Positions 1-8,858 are shown, counted from the first letter of the stretch. The stretch: 11,388 nucleotides of DNA from Promethearchaeota archaeon (GCA_048938385.1 JBHLMG010000038.1:1-11388), one strand, 5' to 3'. Numbers and translations are program-made. The notes: generated by a model from the letters alone, not told the origin.

Positions 1-2442
1 GTAATGGGGGGGCAAGACAATTTGTCCTGCCACGCCCATTAAGGGTTCACAGATAAACGCTGCGACCCCCTTTCCTGTGCTTTTTAATTCATTTACTACT
101 GTCAAAATATCAGTGGCGTATTTTTTCCCTGCGTTATGATCCTTCGCTTTGTATTCACCCCGATAGACATCCGGGGTGCGGACTGTGTGGACAAACGCTG
201 GGGCCCCTCGCCCCCCAGGTCCATCGAACTTGTAGGGGCTGATGTCGATCATCGTGCCGGTGTTCCCGTGATAGGCCCCGTTGACTACAATGACATCGGA
301 CTGTCCGGTGTGGGTTCGAGCCATGCGGAGGGCGAGTTCGTTGGCCTCGCTCCCACTGTTGACGAAAAAGCACATTCGGAGAGGCTCCGGTAAGGTAGCA
401 ACCAGGCGCTTGGCGTAGTTAACCAAGGTTTCGTGTAGGTATCGGGTGTTCGTGTTCAAGACGGCGGCCTGGCGATGGAGGGCCTGTACCACCTTCGGGT
501 GGGAGTGGCCCACTTGTGGAACATTGTTGCGTCCGTCTAAATATCGGCGTCCGTCGGCATCGTAGAGGTATTGCATGTACCCCCGCACAATTTGGATGGG
601 TTGCTGATAGGAAAGGCTCAGGGCCTTCCCAATCAACTCACCTCGTGCTGTAAGGATTTCAGGTGTCTCCATGGGTTTGTGGGGGAATCGTTCTAACAGA
701 ATTCCTAGTATCGTGTTCGGATCAGGGCAGATACTCGTCCATGGTCGCCGTTGCCGGGGAAATGCAGCGATGGGAAAGTCACCTTTCCAGTCGAACATGT
801 CGGAGATCAACTGGAACCGAACCGATGGCGGCCAATCCCCGTTCGCTGGGGCGTCGCCGACCTGCCCAATTTGATCCCCTTTGTGGATGTGCTGACCGAC
901 TGTTCGTCCGTCAAGGGAGGTCCGACTCAGATGGGCGTAGAGGGTGTAGAATGTGAGGGCACCATCGTTGACGGTGTGCTCGAGGATAATCGTTGGACCG
1001 TTTCGGCGGAATCCTGGGTTCTCTTGTACGCTGTGAATGACACCGTCTAGCGGGGCGAGAACGGGGGAGCCGGAGGGCGCAAACAATTCCATGCCTAGAT
1101 GAATCGTGCGAGATTCAAAGCCCTCATGCAATGTTGACGGGATCTGCTCCTCTTGGTATACTAACCGTGCTTCGTTGTATCGACCCACTCCTACAGCTGT
1201 CCCATCAGCCTTGAGGCGATTCGCGATGAGTTGGGTAAAGGACGGGGTGTCATGGATGTCAACTAAGGCGCCGTATTCGAGGCTTCCGACGCTGAGGTCG
1301 AAGACAGTGACAGGTTCCGTGCGGATGTCGTAGTGTAGGAGGGTCCCAACCTGGTTTTGATTCTCCTGTAACCAGGTGATGATTTCCTGGCTCTTGGGGT
1401 TGGCAGGGAGTCCACAGGCATCTCGGAAGATGTAGGTAGCCAACCGCGGATGCACCGTTCGTAGTTGCTCTAGCATCTTCCAGGCGGGCTGTTCGGAGAT
1501 GGTGAGGTACTCGTTATCAGGTTCCAGCGTTTTCTGGTACGCTGAAATGGAGACGCTCAGCGCTAGACGCGTGCACACCAGATGAAACAGCAACTCGAGT
1601 TCCAACTCCGTAAGTGGAAACACGGAGTGATAGCCCCCCACCACCTGGGCTGCTGCGGTTATCGGGTCAGGTTTTCCCAGGATGGCGTAGGTGACAGCTA
1701 CCGCGATTTCGAAAACTGAATGGGACCACACCATGTCCCCAAAATCCAGAATCCCAAACTGTAAAGGCGTCGTTGGCTCGTGCCAGTTTACAATGATGTT
1801 GTAGTCATTACCATCGTTGTGAATCACACTGGAACGAAGGCGGGCAAGGTGAGGCTGCACCTGGGCCTCAAACACCGTGAGGAAATGCTTCACCAGCGCC
1901 CGTCGATCCTCGTCTGTGATGTGGCCAAGATACTGCCGGATGGTAACAGGTGCGTGCTTCAAATCCCAGTAGAGCTCTCGCTTCGCAGCAGGATGCGCAA
2001 AGTTGTCCAGGGCTCGGGATATTTGCCCGATGAATACTCCCAATTCTCGCAGGAAATACTCCGAGTGTGGCTTCACCTCCGCCATCACCTTCCCTGGTAG
2101 GTAGGAGACTAACCGCACAAAATGCGAATTGCCAGCAGCATCATCAAACACACCAATCTGCTCACCAGAGCGCGTCGGAATTAGATGTGGACTCAACATC
2201 CCTTCTGCAGTGTTCTGTAAATGCGTCATAGCTTGATTCTGAAACTCTAAGATTTCTCGTTTCTCTGATGTCGCCGCAATCTTGAGCACATACTCCTCAC
2301 CCGCACCCGTGCGTACATAGAAGTTCCGATCCCGCTCGCTCGGTAACTCATGAATCTCTCCCTCTACATCATACAATTCCTTGGCGATGCTGAAGGCTTG
2401 GTCTTCGGTGAACGGGGGACGCAATTGATCTCGACCTGACAC
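1..2442 (-). CDS. Fusion of an APH/hydroxylysine-kinase-like phosphotransferase, a degenerate M23-like domain and a class III PLP aminotransferase (AGXT2L/phospho-lyase-like); runs off the left edge
   Basis: Absent from the ORF track because it has no stop in the window. Hand translation from GTG at 2442 (GAGGTG 7 nt upstream) is open to base 1 (814 codons). Kinase motifs: LPSERDRNF, YVLKI, VIHNDGNDYNIIV, GILDFGD. M23-like segment: GRYNEAR..RTIHLGMELF..YTLYAHL..WPPSVRFQ. Aminotransferase-III motifs: IVRGYMQYLYD..YLD..NNVPQVGHSHP, LNTNTRYLH, FVNSGSEANELALR, AYHGNT, AAFICEP. Confidence 0.92.
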   Translation of the reverse strand, partial: MSGRDQLRPPFTEDQAFSIAKELYDVEGEIHELPSERDRNFYVRTGAGEEYVLKIAATSEKREILEFQNQAMTHLQNTAEGMLSPHLIPTRSGEQIGVFDDAAGNSHFVRLVSYLPGKVMAEVKPHSEYFLRELGVFIGQISRALDNFAHPAAKRELYWDLKHAPVTIRQYLGHITDEDRRALVKHFLTVFEAQVQPHLARLRSSVIHNDGNDYNIIVNWHEPTTPLQFGILDFGDMVWSHSVFEIAVAVTYAILGKPDPITAAAQVVGGYHSVFPLTELELELLFHLVCTRLALSVSISAYQKTLEPDNEYLTISEQPAWKMLEQLRTVHPRLATYIFRDACGLPANPKSQEIITWLQENQNQVGTLLHYDIRTEPVTVFDLSVGSLEYGALVDIHDTPSFTQLIANRLKADGTAVGVGRYNEARLVYQEEQIPSTLHEGFESRTIHLGMELFAPSGSPVLAPLDGVIHSVQENPGFRRNGPTIILEHTVNDGALTFYTLYAHLSRTSLDGRTVGQHIHKGDQIGQVGDAPANGDWPPSVRFQLISDMFDWKGDFPIAAFPRQRRPWTSICPDPNTILGILLERFPHKPMETPEILTARGELIGKALSLSYQQPIQIVRGYMQYLYDADGRRYLDGRNNVPQVGHSHPKVVQALHRQAAVLNTNTRYLHETLVNYAKRLVATLPEPLRMCFFVNSGSEANELALRMARTHTGQSDVIVVNGAYHGNTGTMIDISPYKFDGPGGRGAPAFVHTVRTPDVYRGEYKAKDHNAGKKYATDILTVVNELKSTGKGVAAFICEPLMGVAGQIVLPPHY

Positions 2443-2552
2443 TAGCTTACACCTCTGTATATCACAGCATATGTAATCCAAAAAATACTCTGCTGCAGAG
2501 AGGCTAAGACGAAAATCGAAAGAATCGAGCTAGAAAAAACCAACACTCAAAG

Positions 2553-2594
2553 AAACGCATGCGTCCACCTCAGTCTGGGCCATTACTATGCCCC
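2553..2594 (+). repeat. Intergenic direct repeat copy 1 (most degenerate)
   Basis: aaacgcatgcGTCCACctcagtctgggccattactatgcc; core GTCCAC at 2563-2568, with weak similarity to the extended consensus downstream. Confidence 0.5.
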
Positions 2595-2668
2595 GGAAAT
2601 AAGATACTGTTTCCTTACTAAGAGTTTAATAACTTGATTTCTAGGAGTGTCCGCAAGGTGGACCAAAA

Positions 2669-3247
2669 TTGTCGGAAATACCATCCCAAGATGGGCTGTT
2701 TATTGTTGACCAGCAAAAATGCGTGATCAAAGATTTTGATGCCCCAGGATGGATCCTTGATATCGGGGGCGGCGGTGAAGGGATCATTGGACGCCTTAAA
2801 GGATCCAACGTCATCGCCATCGACATTCGAAAAGAAGAACTCTTGGAAGCCCCACCAGGACCCTTAAAACTCGTTATGGATGCCACTGACCTCCACTTCC
2901 TCGATAACACCTTCGACACCGTTACCGCCTTCTTCTCCCTCATGTACTTGCCCTCCGAATCCCGCCCCCAAGTCTTCCACGAGGTAACCCGCGTCCTCGC
3001 ACCTGAAGGGAAATTTTACATCTGGGATGTCACGATTCCCCCGGTCACCGATCCCACGAAACATTTGTTCGTCGTCCCCCTCACCATCCAACTCCCCGAT
3101 GAGGAAGTCCAAACCGGCTACGGCGTCCCCTGGCAAGGGCGGAAACAATCCCTCAGCGATTATCTCCAACTCGCCCAAAAAACCGGACTCAAACTCGTCA
3201 CCCACCAAACCACCGACCACATCTTCTACATCGAATTCACAAAGTAA
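2669..3247 (+). CDS. Class I SAM-dependent methyltransferase (Methyltransf_11/25-like)
   Basis: Motif I ILDIGGGGEG, then VIAIDI, MDATDLHFLDNTFDTVT and RVLAPEGKFYIWD. TTG start preceded by AAGGTG. Confidence 0.9.
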   Translation: MSEIPSQDGLFIVDQQKCVIKDFDAPGWILDIGGGGEGIIGRLKGSNVIAIDIRKEELLEAPPGPLKLVMDATDLHFLDNTFDTVTAFFSLMYLPSESRPQVFHEVTRVLAPEGKFYIWDVTIPPVTDPTKHLFVVPLTIQLPDEEVQTGYGVPWQGRKQSLSDYLQLAQKTGLKLVTHQTTDHIFYIEFTK

Positions 3248-3269
3248 TCCATGACCAAATCACACTCCA

Positions 3270-3300
3270 ATAAACGAAAAAGGTGGTGTCCATCCCAACA
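3270..3300 (+). repeat. Intergenic direct repeat copy 2
   Basis: ATAAACGAAAAAggTGGT-GTCCAtCCcAAC. Shares the upstream ATAAACGAAAAA with the copy at 7058. Confidence 0.75.
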
Positions 3301-3502
3301 GTATAGGTCAACATCTCTCCTCCTTCTCCGACGCTCTTGAAAGGGAGATTTTGCCTTAGATGAACTTATGAAAGGGGCATTGGATTTTTCTCAAAAATTA
3401 GCTTTGCATGTGCGTACAGACCAATGCGTTCTTTTATTCGCTGACAAATGTCTACAGCACACATTCTAGCGCCGATTGCTCCTTTTCAGCGGGGTTAATG
3501 GT

Positions 3503-4312
3503 ATGAAAAAAGCGTATGCAGTAGGCTTACTTCTACTCGGATTACTCATTGCCTTCTCTCCTACACCGATCACGCGCGGGCTCCAACTCTCTTCATCTAC
3601 CAAACAGCTCCCCGTTTACATCGATCTGGTACCTAATTGGGATTTCGCCGAGATTGAATCGGGTGGGTGGGACGGAAACGACCATAATGCCAGCAAACCC
3701 ACCTTCTGGTACTTCACCGGTGATACCACTGGTCCCAAAGAACAATACCGAATAATCAACGATACCGCAAACGGTGGTGATGTCCACACCCTGTTCCTCC
3801 AACCTACCCACGCCAACCAAGAACACACCGTTATGTTCTGGCAAGACTTCACCACCCTCGACATTAACCAGGTCTCCATCCAGTACCGCAGTTGTGCCAC
3901 GGGTCCCACAGCCCTCATCCTGCTCTACGGGCTCAACGCTAGCATCACACCCGACACGCCCCTTCCCAACGGCACCATTCCCTACCTCACCACGCTTCAT
4001 CCCTCTCTCAACGAAACTCCTGGCTATTGGTCCAACTACACCACCGCCACCATCTCCCTATCCAACCTCCCCAACACCTACCACCACTACCGCATCCACT
4101 GGCAACTCATCGAAGCCCCCGGAAAACCCGACGCCCAACTATACATCACCTACTGCCGTGTTACCGGACCCCAACTCCTACTCCCTCTCATCTGGCCCCC
4201 AATCGCAATCCCAATCATAGGCCTTGTCGCCGGCATTATCGTTTCCATCATCATGCTCCTCGTCTACCTCAAAAAAACAGGGAAACTCCACTTACCCAAA
4301 CTAAGCCGATAA
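3503..4312 (+). CDS. Hypothetical secreted, membrane-anchored surface (glyco)protein
   Basis: ATG at 3503 (in frame with track ORF 3476) gives signal peptide MKKAYAVGLLLLGLLIAFS. C-terminal TM helix IAIPIIGLVAGIIVSIIMLLVYL followed by basic KKTGK. Several N-x-S/T sequons (NAS, NDT, NAS, NGT, NET, NYT). Confidence 0.8.
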   Translation: MKKAYAVGLLLLGLLIAFSPTPITRGLQLSSSTKQLPVYIDLVPNWDFAEIESGGWDGNDHNASKPTFWYFTGDTTGPKEQYRIINDTANGGDVHTLFLQPTHANQEHTVMFWQDFTTLDINQVSIQYRSCATGPTALILLYGLNASITPDTPLPNGTIPYLTTLHPSLNETPGYWSNYTTATISLSNLPNTYHHYRIHWQLIEAPGKPDAQLYITYCRVTGPQLLLPLIWPPIAIPIIGLVAGIIVSIIMLLVYLKKTGKLHLPKLSR

Positions 4313-4324
4313 CACGACCACATT

Positions 4325-4364
4325 GAGGGCGTCCACCCTAACCTGGCAATTCACCTGCCAAGAA
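4325..4364 (+). repeat. Intergenic direct repeat copy 3 (long form)
   Basis: gagggcGTCCACCCTAACCTGGCAATTCACCTGCCAAGAA. Aligns over ~35 bp with the copies at 8713 and 10706. Confidence 0.85.
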
Positions 4365-4381
4365 CATCACATGTCCAATTA

Positions 4382-5590
4382 CTAATGGTCTAAAGAAGTC
4401 CTGCGGCGATAGACAACGATTACCAAGACAACACAGGCAATTATGATGGCTGTACCACCCGCAATCACAGGTCCATAAGTCAGCAGCATCGAACCCCAAT
4501 CCGTTAATGTCAAGGGGTGTTGGGCAAGCACCCAGTTCATCAAGAAAAGAGCGGCCGCCCAGTTTTCCTCGCAGGTGGGTAAGATTTCCACTTCAGGTAA
4601 CTCAAAGTAGGTCAAATCGAACTCTGGATTGTTTGGACGAAGTTCGATCGTGAGACCCGGAATCCCTTTTTCCTCATAAACCCAATCTCCCATATCACCC
4701 ACCGTCAGGTATGTTGCACCGCCCTGTACGACGGTATACTCTTCCCCATGGACCGCATGAATCGCTTCGGCCATTCCCTGCGACAACGCCTCCATGCTAG
4801 CGGCATCAACGGGGGGGTCGGGTGTGTAGCCCCAAGGGTAGGCAATCATTTGCCAGTAGCTATGATAACTGACCACCGCCTGGAAGTCATTCTCCACATC
4901 CAAAATCAAATCGCGCATTGCCACCGTTTCTGGCTCTGAAAACGCCGAGGGGCCCCAATAGGTCTCATCAATGGGATTGGGCGACCCATCCGCAATCCCC
5001 TCCTCAACATCTTGCCCCCAATTAGATGTCCCATAGTTTCGGTTCAGATCTACACCGAATGTCCCATCACTATTATTCACGCGATTCTTTCGCCAATACC
5101 GTGAATTCTCCCCCGGACTCTCGGGGGACTCAAAATACGCCCGACAGAATTCAAGACCATCAGGGTTCACGACGGGCACAATCCAAATCTCGCAATTATC
5201 AACAAACCTTTTGACGACAGGGTCAGAGTCATACAACTCCACCAGCTTCCACGCAAAGTAGTAGGGGACTTCTGCTGAAATCCACTCCCGAGCATGATGC
5301 AGCCCCACAAAGAGAACATCCGGCTCATGCCGCTCCTTGATATTCGGATAATCACTGATCTTAATCGCCCAGATGGGGCGTCCCTCCACGCTATACCCCA
5401 CAGCATCCAGCCACACTATCGGTGAACTACTCAATGCTAGAAGCCCTGCCACAAACTCTGAATATGTATGGTATTCCGTCCACTGAACCGGAACCAAGGA
5501 CACGTTAGCCCAAACCCTTGGCGGCCTTACCAAGACGCACAACGCCATCACTAACACAGCAACTACACAACTACTCTTCAACCGCCTCAA
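4382..5590 (-). CDS. M14 zinc carboxypeptidase (carboxypeptidase T-like), secreted and C-terminally anchored
   Basis: HHAREW (HxxE Zn ligands), VNPDG, WRKNR, GVDLNRNY, FSEPET, SYHSY (third Zn ligand) and TIELRP (catalytic Glu). N-terminal signal; C-terminal TM followed by RRR. Confidence 0.93.
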   Translation of the reverse strand: MRRLKSSCVVAVLVMALCVLVRPPRVWANVSLVPVQWTEYHTYSEFVAGLLALSSSPIVWLDAVGYSVEGRPIWAIKISDYPNIKERHEPDVLFVGLHHAREWISAEVPYYFAWKLVELYDSDPVVKRFVDNCEIWIVPVVNPDGLEFCRAYFESPESPGENSRYWRKNRVNNSDGTFGVDLNRNYGTSNWGQDVEEGIADGSPNPIDETYWGPSAFSEPETVAMRDLILDVENDFQAVVSYHSYWQMIAYPWGYTPDPPVDAASMEALSQGMAEAIHAVHGEEYTVVQGGATYLTVGDMGDWVYEEKGIPGLTIELRPNNPEFDLTYFELPEVEILPTCEENWAAALFLMNWVLAQHPLTLTDWGSMLLTYGPVIAGGTAIIIACVVLVIVVYRRRTSLDH

Positions 5591-5683
5591 AACAACACTT
5601 CCAATAAAATATCAACGCAGAAGCGCACTTCTAGTTAAACGCAATAGCCCTTCTGAACGATAAAAAATACCCGATACAGGACC

Positions 5684-5713
5684 AAACAAGCGGTCGTCCA
5701 CTCCAGCTCACGG
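5684..5713 (+). repeat. Intergenic direct repeat copy 4
   Basis: aaacAAGcGGTCGTCCACtCcagctCACGG; core at 5696-5701. Confidence 0.75.
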
Positions 5714-5895
5714 AACACATACTGAAGTTGCACGTATATTCTGGCTTGTTAATCGCCATTTTCTTGCGTTTCGAAAGCGTATTTGCACTTTCCACCAAAT
5801 ACCTGAAAGGGACGGGTCAATTCATCCAATTCGGTATGTAGAAATATCATGGACCACAAAGGCTTACCAATGGTTTCATCGTGGGAGGTGATTCA

Positions 5896-6111
5896 ATGGC
5901 AAGAGTATATCGCATTCTCCTGCAAATCCTCGCAGTTTTGAACCTAGTGGTGGTTAGCCTGAATTTAGTGCTTCCCCTCGTCGGCCTTCCTGTAAATGGA
6001 ACGCCAACCCCCGCCCAAGCAATCCTAATCTACATCTATTTCGGAACCTTCACCTGGCCGATATTAACTGGGCTCATTCTTCTCCTTAATGTCTTCAAAC
6101 CTAGTGACTGA
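5896..6111 (+). CDS. Small two-TM hypothetical membrane protein (71 aa)
   Basis: Strong RBS GGAGGTGAT just upstream of ATG 5896. Two hydrophobic stretches: ILLQILAVLNLVVVSLNLVLPLVGL and AILIYIYFGTFTWPILTGLILLL. Confidence 0.72.
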   Translation: MARVYRILLQILAVLNLVVVSLNLVLPLVGLPVNGTPTPAQAILIYIYFGTFTWPILTGLILLLNVFKPSD

Positions 6112-6196
6112 ACGACTGGACTCCCCGGTGAAGGCACTCCTTGACAATCACTCATCGAAAAACGAGAACAGACAAAACCCATTACAGAGCCTACAG

Positions 6197-6234
6197 AAGT
6201 GCTAGTCCACACCAGCAGCTCGTAAAGCACCTGC
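6197..6234 (+). repeat. Intergenic direct repeat copy 5
   Basis: AAGTGcTaGTCCACaCcagcagctcgtaaagCACCTGC; core at 6205-6210. Distal CACCTGC is shared with copy 3. Confidence 0.62.
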
Positions 6235-6288
6235 AGTTCAGGCATGCAATCCTAGGCTTTAATTGAAAGCTGGTAATTTTTACGAGTT

Positions 6289-6918
6289 CTACATCTTTTC
6301 CAGTTCCCCAGTGGGTGGATACAGCGCGAGTTTTCTCTCAATCTCATAGATTAAAGGAATGATTCCTTTGAGATCCCCAATGGCCTTAAGACAGCCTTTG
6401 GCAAAAACCTCGTCTTCAAACTGGTCATAGAGTGAACTAAAATAGGATCCGGAGTATTCCGCGTCTTTGAAATTACTGAAAAGACCTCTTGATGTGGTGA
6501 GCCCCAAATAGGTTTTATTTAGCAGCATCATTAAGGAGACCGACATACCACTAACAAAGTCGAGATTCCCGTATTCATCGACGGGACCATCTTTGCCTTC
6601 CAGAAACGCGGCTAGCGCCTTCTTCCGCTCCTTTTTCCATTTCGTAGGATCTTTCTCCCACTCATACAGCGTAAAGTAGGCAGGAAGCCCCAACATCATT
6701 TCTTCCGCCAAGGCTTCTGGCAGCTGCCTTTGCAGTTGACAGACCCCAGGATAAATGTCCCGCATCAAGGCTCCAAACTTCTCCACCCCTTCTTGCCGAT
6801 CTGGATACTCCGCCTCCAAAAACGCCTTTATCTTCGGCACATAATCTCTGGCAAAAAACGCCACCAAATACGAAACTTTGTCCGGCTTCACTCGTTTCCC
6901 CTGCAAAAACTGGACCAA
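6289..6918 (-). CDS. Hypothetical soluble protein (209 aa)
   Basis: Open frame with TTG start 5 nt after GGAGGTG. Plausible helical composition; no motif recognised. Confidence 0.75.
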   Translation of the reverse strand: MVQFLQGKRVKPDKVSYLVAFFARDYVPKIKAFLEAEYPDRQEGVEKFGALMRDIYPGVCQLQRQLPEALAEEMMLGLPAYFTLYEWEKDPTKWKKERKKALAAFLEGKDGPVDEYGNLDFVSGMSVSLMMLLNKTYLGLTTSRGLFSNFKDAEYSGSYFSSLYDQFEDEVFAKGCLKAIGDLKGIIPLIYEIERKLALYPPTGELEKM

Positions 6919-7057
6919 ACGAACACCTCCATCTGCGATTAATCGAGCACCACTCCGTACTCACTTAAATTACTAATGGCTTAGCACATTTGATTTGGAT
7001 CATCATAGTCAGGAACCACCAAGATGCAACAACTCCTCGTAGCGAACACTGACACAA

Positions 7058-7101
7058 ATAAACGAAAAATGGTCGTCCACCCAAGCAGTCTAACCAATTC
7101 A
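7058..7101 (+). repeat. Intergenic direct repeat copy 6
   Basis: ATAAACGAAAAATGGTCGTCCACCCaagcagtctaacCAATTCA; core at 7075-7080. Confidence 0.85.
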
Positions 7102-7151
7102 TAGAAGCTTAGACCTGCTCAAATGTCGGGTTTACAAATTTTCACTTCAGC

Positions 7152-7164
7152 TTATATACTCCGT
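7152..7164 (+). promoter_or_regulatory. Putative archaeal TATA box plus shared flank (TTATATACTCCGT) upstream of the beta-helix gene
   Basis: TTATATA box. The same 13-mer occurs on the minus strand at 10877-10889. Confidence 0.5.
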
Positions 7165-7232
7165 CTCATTTGTAAACACCTCTCTTCACACCCAAATAAA
7201 TCCCTCTTCCAGCTACCCGAAATCGCATTATC

Positions 7233-8639
7233 GTGACCAAGAAGGTAGCGATAACTCGAGGGATATATGCATTGAAAATTCATAACTCAAGCAGGTATGT
7301 GGTCATAACCGGGTTGTTCTTGGTATTGGCCATCTCACTGTTTACGAGCAGTCTCACAATCGCTGCACCATTCGAACAACGCATCACTCCGTCAAATGAC
7401 ATCACTGGTACCACCGACTGGCAAAACCTGCAAACCGCCTTCAACGCGGCTTCAGGAATTCCTGGTGCGGTAATCGAACTCCAAGCCGGAACATACTACA
7501 TTAATCAGGCTGTTGTAATCAAAGATTTCGTCGGCACATTCAAAGGCGCGGGTATGGAACAGACGATAGTTCAGACGCCGGGTGGAGATTATCTGTTTCC
7601 CAAAGTGACTGAAGGTCCGGTCTGGGAAGCCCCCGGCATGTTCATCTTCTACTACGACCAATTAGGCGAAGCGCACACACCAGCGCATCTTACCCTCTCC
7701 GACATGACTTGGCACGCTATCGGTCAAACTGAAGGTTGGGTAACTCATGTGCCTTTCCTCGTTGACCAATTTGCCTACATAAGCGCTGTATATGGGCGGT
7801 ATACCGGAATTGAAGACGATGAAGTGTCATACATCAGCACAACTGCGGAACGAATGCAATTTCTGGGTGACTCGTATCCAGAAGGCAAACTTGGACCCGT
7901 GAATGTCATCAATGGATTCATCATGGAACCCGAATTCTTTGCTACCGACGATGATCCACCAGAATTCTATACTGACAAACAGCTCTGTGGAACCTACACT
8001 TGCATCAGTTCGAAATTCCAAAACATCCTCTATGCCTACAACACCCTAATGATCACTGACTCCAGTGTCACAGTTGGTGGAAAACCCCAATTCCAAAACA
8101 CCTTCATTGACTGTGCTACAGGAGTTGACCTCTTTAACTTAGACAACTCCGAAGCAGAAGTGTCATACTCTGAAACCTTTAATTCCAGCGCGGTTATCAT
8201 CGAACTGTATGCACCTGGCCTGACCCCATCAACTTTCACCATCAAACACAACACCATTCGACAACGCCCATCAGCATGGTTTGCGGGCGTAGAAGTCTGG
8301 AGCTATGGCCTCTATTATGGACAAGAAAACATCGATACTCTCAACATCACACAGAACACCATCATCTCGGAAAGCCACAATCCACCCTATGGTCCCATCT
8401 TTTGTTTCGGTGCCCATAACACCAACATTACCAACAACATGATTCAAGGAACTGGAGAATCCGGAATCTTCCTTGGTGGACTATCAACTGGCTGCTACAT
8501 CCGTGGAAACAACCTCAAACACTACGACGCAACAGCCCAAGACATCTACCTGGGATCCGCTACCAGCCATTGCACCGTCATCCTCGGGGCAACCGACACA
8601 ATCACAGACGATGGAACAAACAACACCATCCAAGGCTAA
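7233..8639 (+). CDS. Secreted right-handed parallel beta-helix (pectin-lyase-fold/NosD-like) protein
   Basis: N-terminal hydrophobic segment; cap motif DWQNLQTAFNAA..VIELQAGTYYIN..FKGAGMEQTIV; repeated TIKHNTI, NITQNTI, NITNNMI and YIRGNNL rungs. The true start may be TTG at 7272. Confidence 0.8.
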   Translation: MTKKVAITRGIYALKIHNSSRYVVITGLFLVLAISLFTSSLTIAAPFEQRITPSNDITGTTDWQNLQTAFNAASGIPGAVIELQAGTYYINQAVVIKDFVGTFKGAGMEQTIVQTPGGDYLFPKVTEGPVWEAPGMFIFYYDQLGEAHTPAHLTLSDMTWHAIGQTEGWVTHVPFLVDQFAYISAVYGRYTGIEDDEVSYISTTAERMQFLGDSYPEGKLGPVNVINGFIMEPEFFATDDDPPEFYTDKQLCGTYTCISSKFQNILYAYNTLMITDSSVTVGGKPQFQNTFIDCATGVDLFNLDNSEAEVSYSETFNSSAVIIELYAPGLTPSTFTIKHNTIRQRPSAWFAGVEVWSYGLYYGQENIDTLNITQNTIISESHNPPYGPIFCFGAHNTNITNNMIQGTGESGIFLGGLSTGCYIRGNNLKHYDATAQDIYLGSATSHCTVILGATDTITDDGTNNTIQG

Positions 8640-8712
8640 ACCCACTCATTGGTGCTTCCAGAGAGAAGCACCCCCGCACCCTTTTTACTCCTGAAACTCA
8701 AGCACTATATAC

Positions 8713-8756
8713 CGAAAAAGTGGTCGTCCACCCTAACACGGCAATTCACCGTGTTA
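8713..8756 (+). repeat. Intergenic direct repeat copy 7 (intact core, with a perfect 8-bp inverted repeat)
   Basis: CGAAAAAGTGGTCGTCCACCC-TAACACGG-caattca-CCGTGTTA; core GTCCAC at 8726-8731, hairpin at 8734-8756. Confidence 0.9.
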
Positions 8757-8858
8757 ATTGATCGATGACAGCTCCCGGTTTTAGTACCGTTGTATTCCTC
8801 ATATGAGCTGTACTGTCTTCTGTCCCGTTCTTATAGAGACGCTGGACAAAATGGAGTT

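Noticed and set aside
136-2100. Short track ORFs at 136-393, 155-373, 663-956, 671-874, 751-1050, 1106-1333 and 1780-2100
   Set aside because: Shadow frames of the long minus-strand kinase/aminotransferase ORF, which has clear motifs.
3783-3791. GTCCACACC inside a CDS (also at about 9156)
   Set aside because: About three hexamer hits per strand are expected by chance in 11 kb. These lack the A-run and tail and lie in coding sequence.
2641-4326. Pro/Ser/Thr/His-rich or Gly/Val-rich alternative ORFs (e.g. 2864-3220, 3027-3254, 3593-4000, 3774-4220, 4027-4326)
   Set aside because: By-products of the strong C-rich skew, which removes stop codons. They overlap better-supported genes.
5766-5780. 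Short palindrome around TTTCGAAA
   Set aside because: Single, short and compatible with chance.
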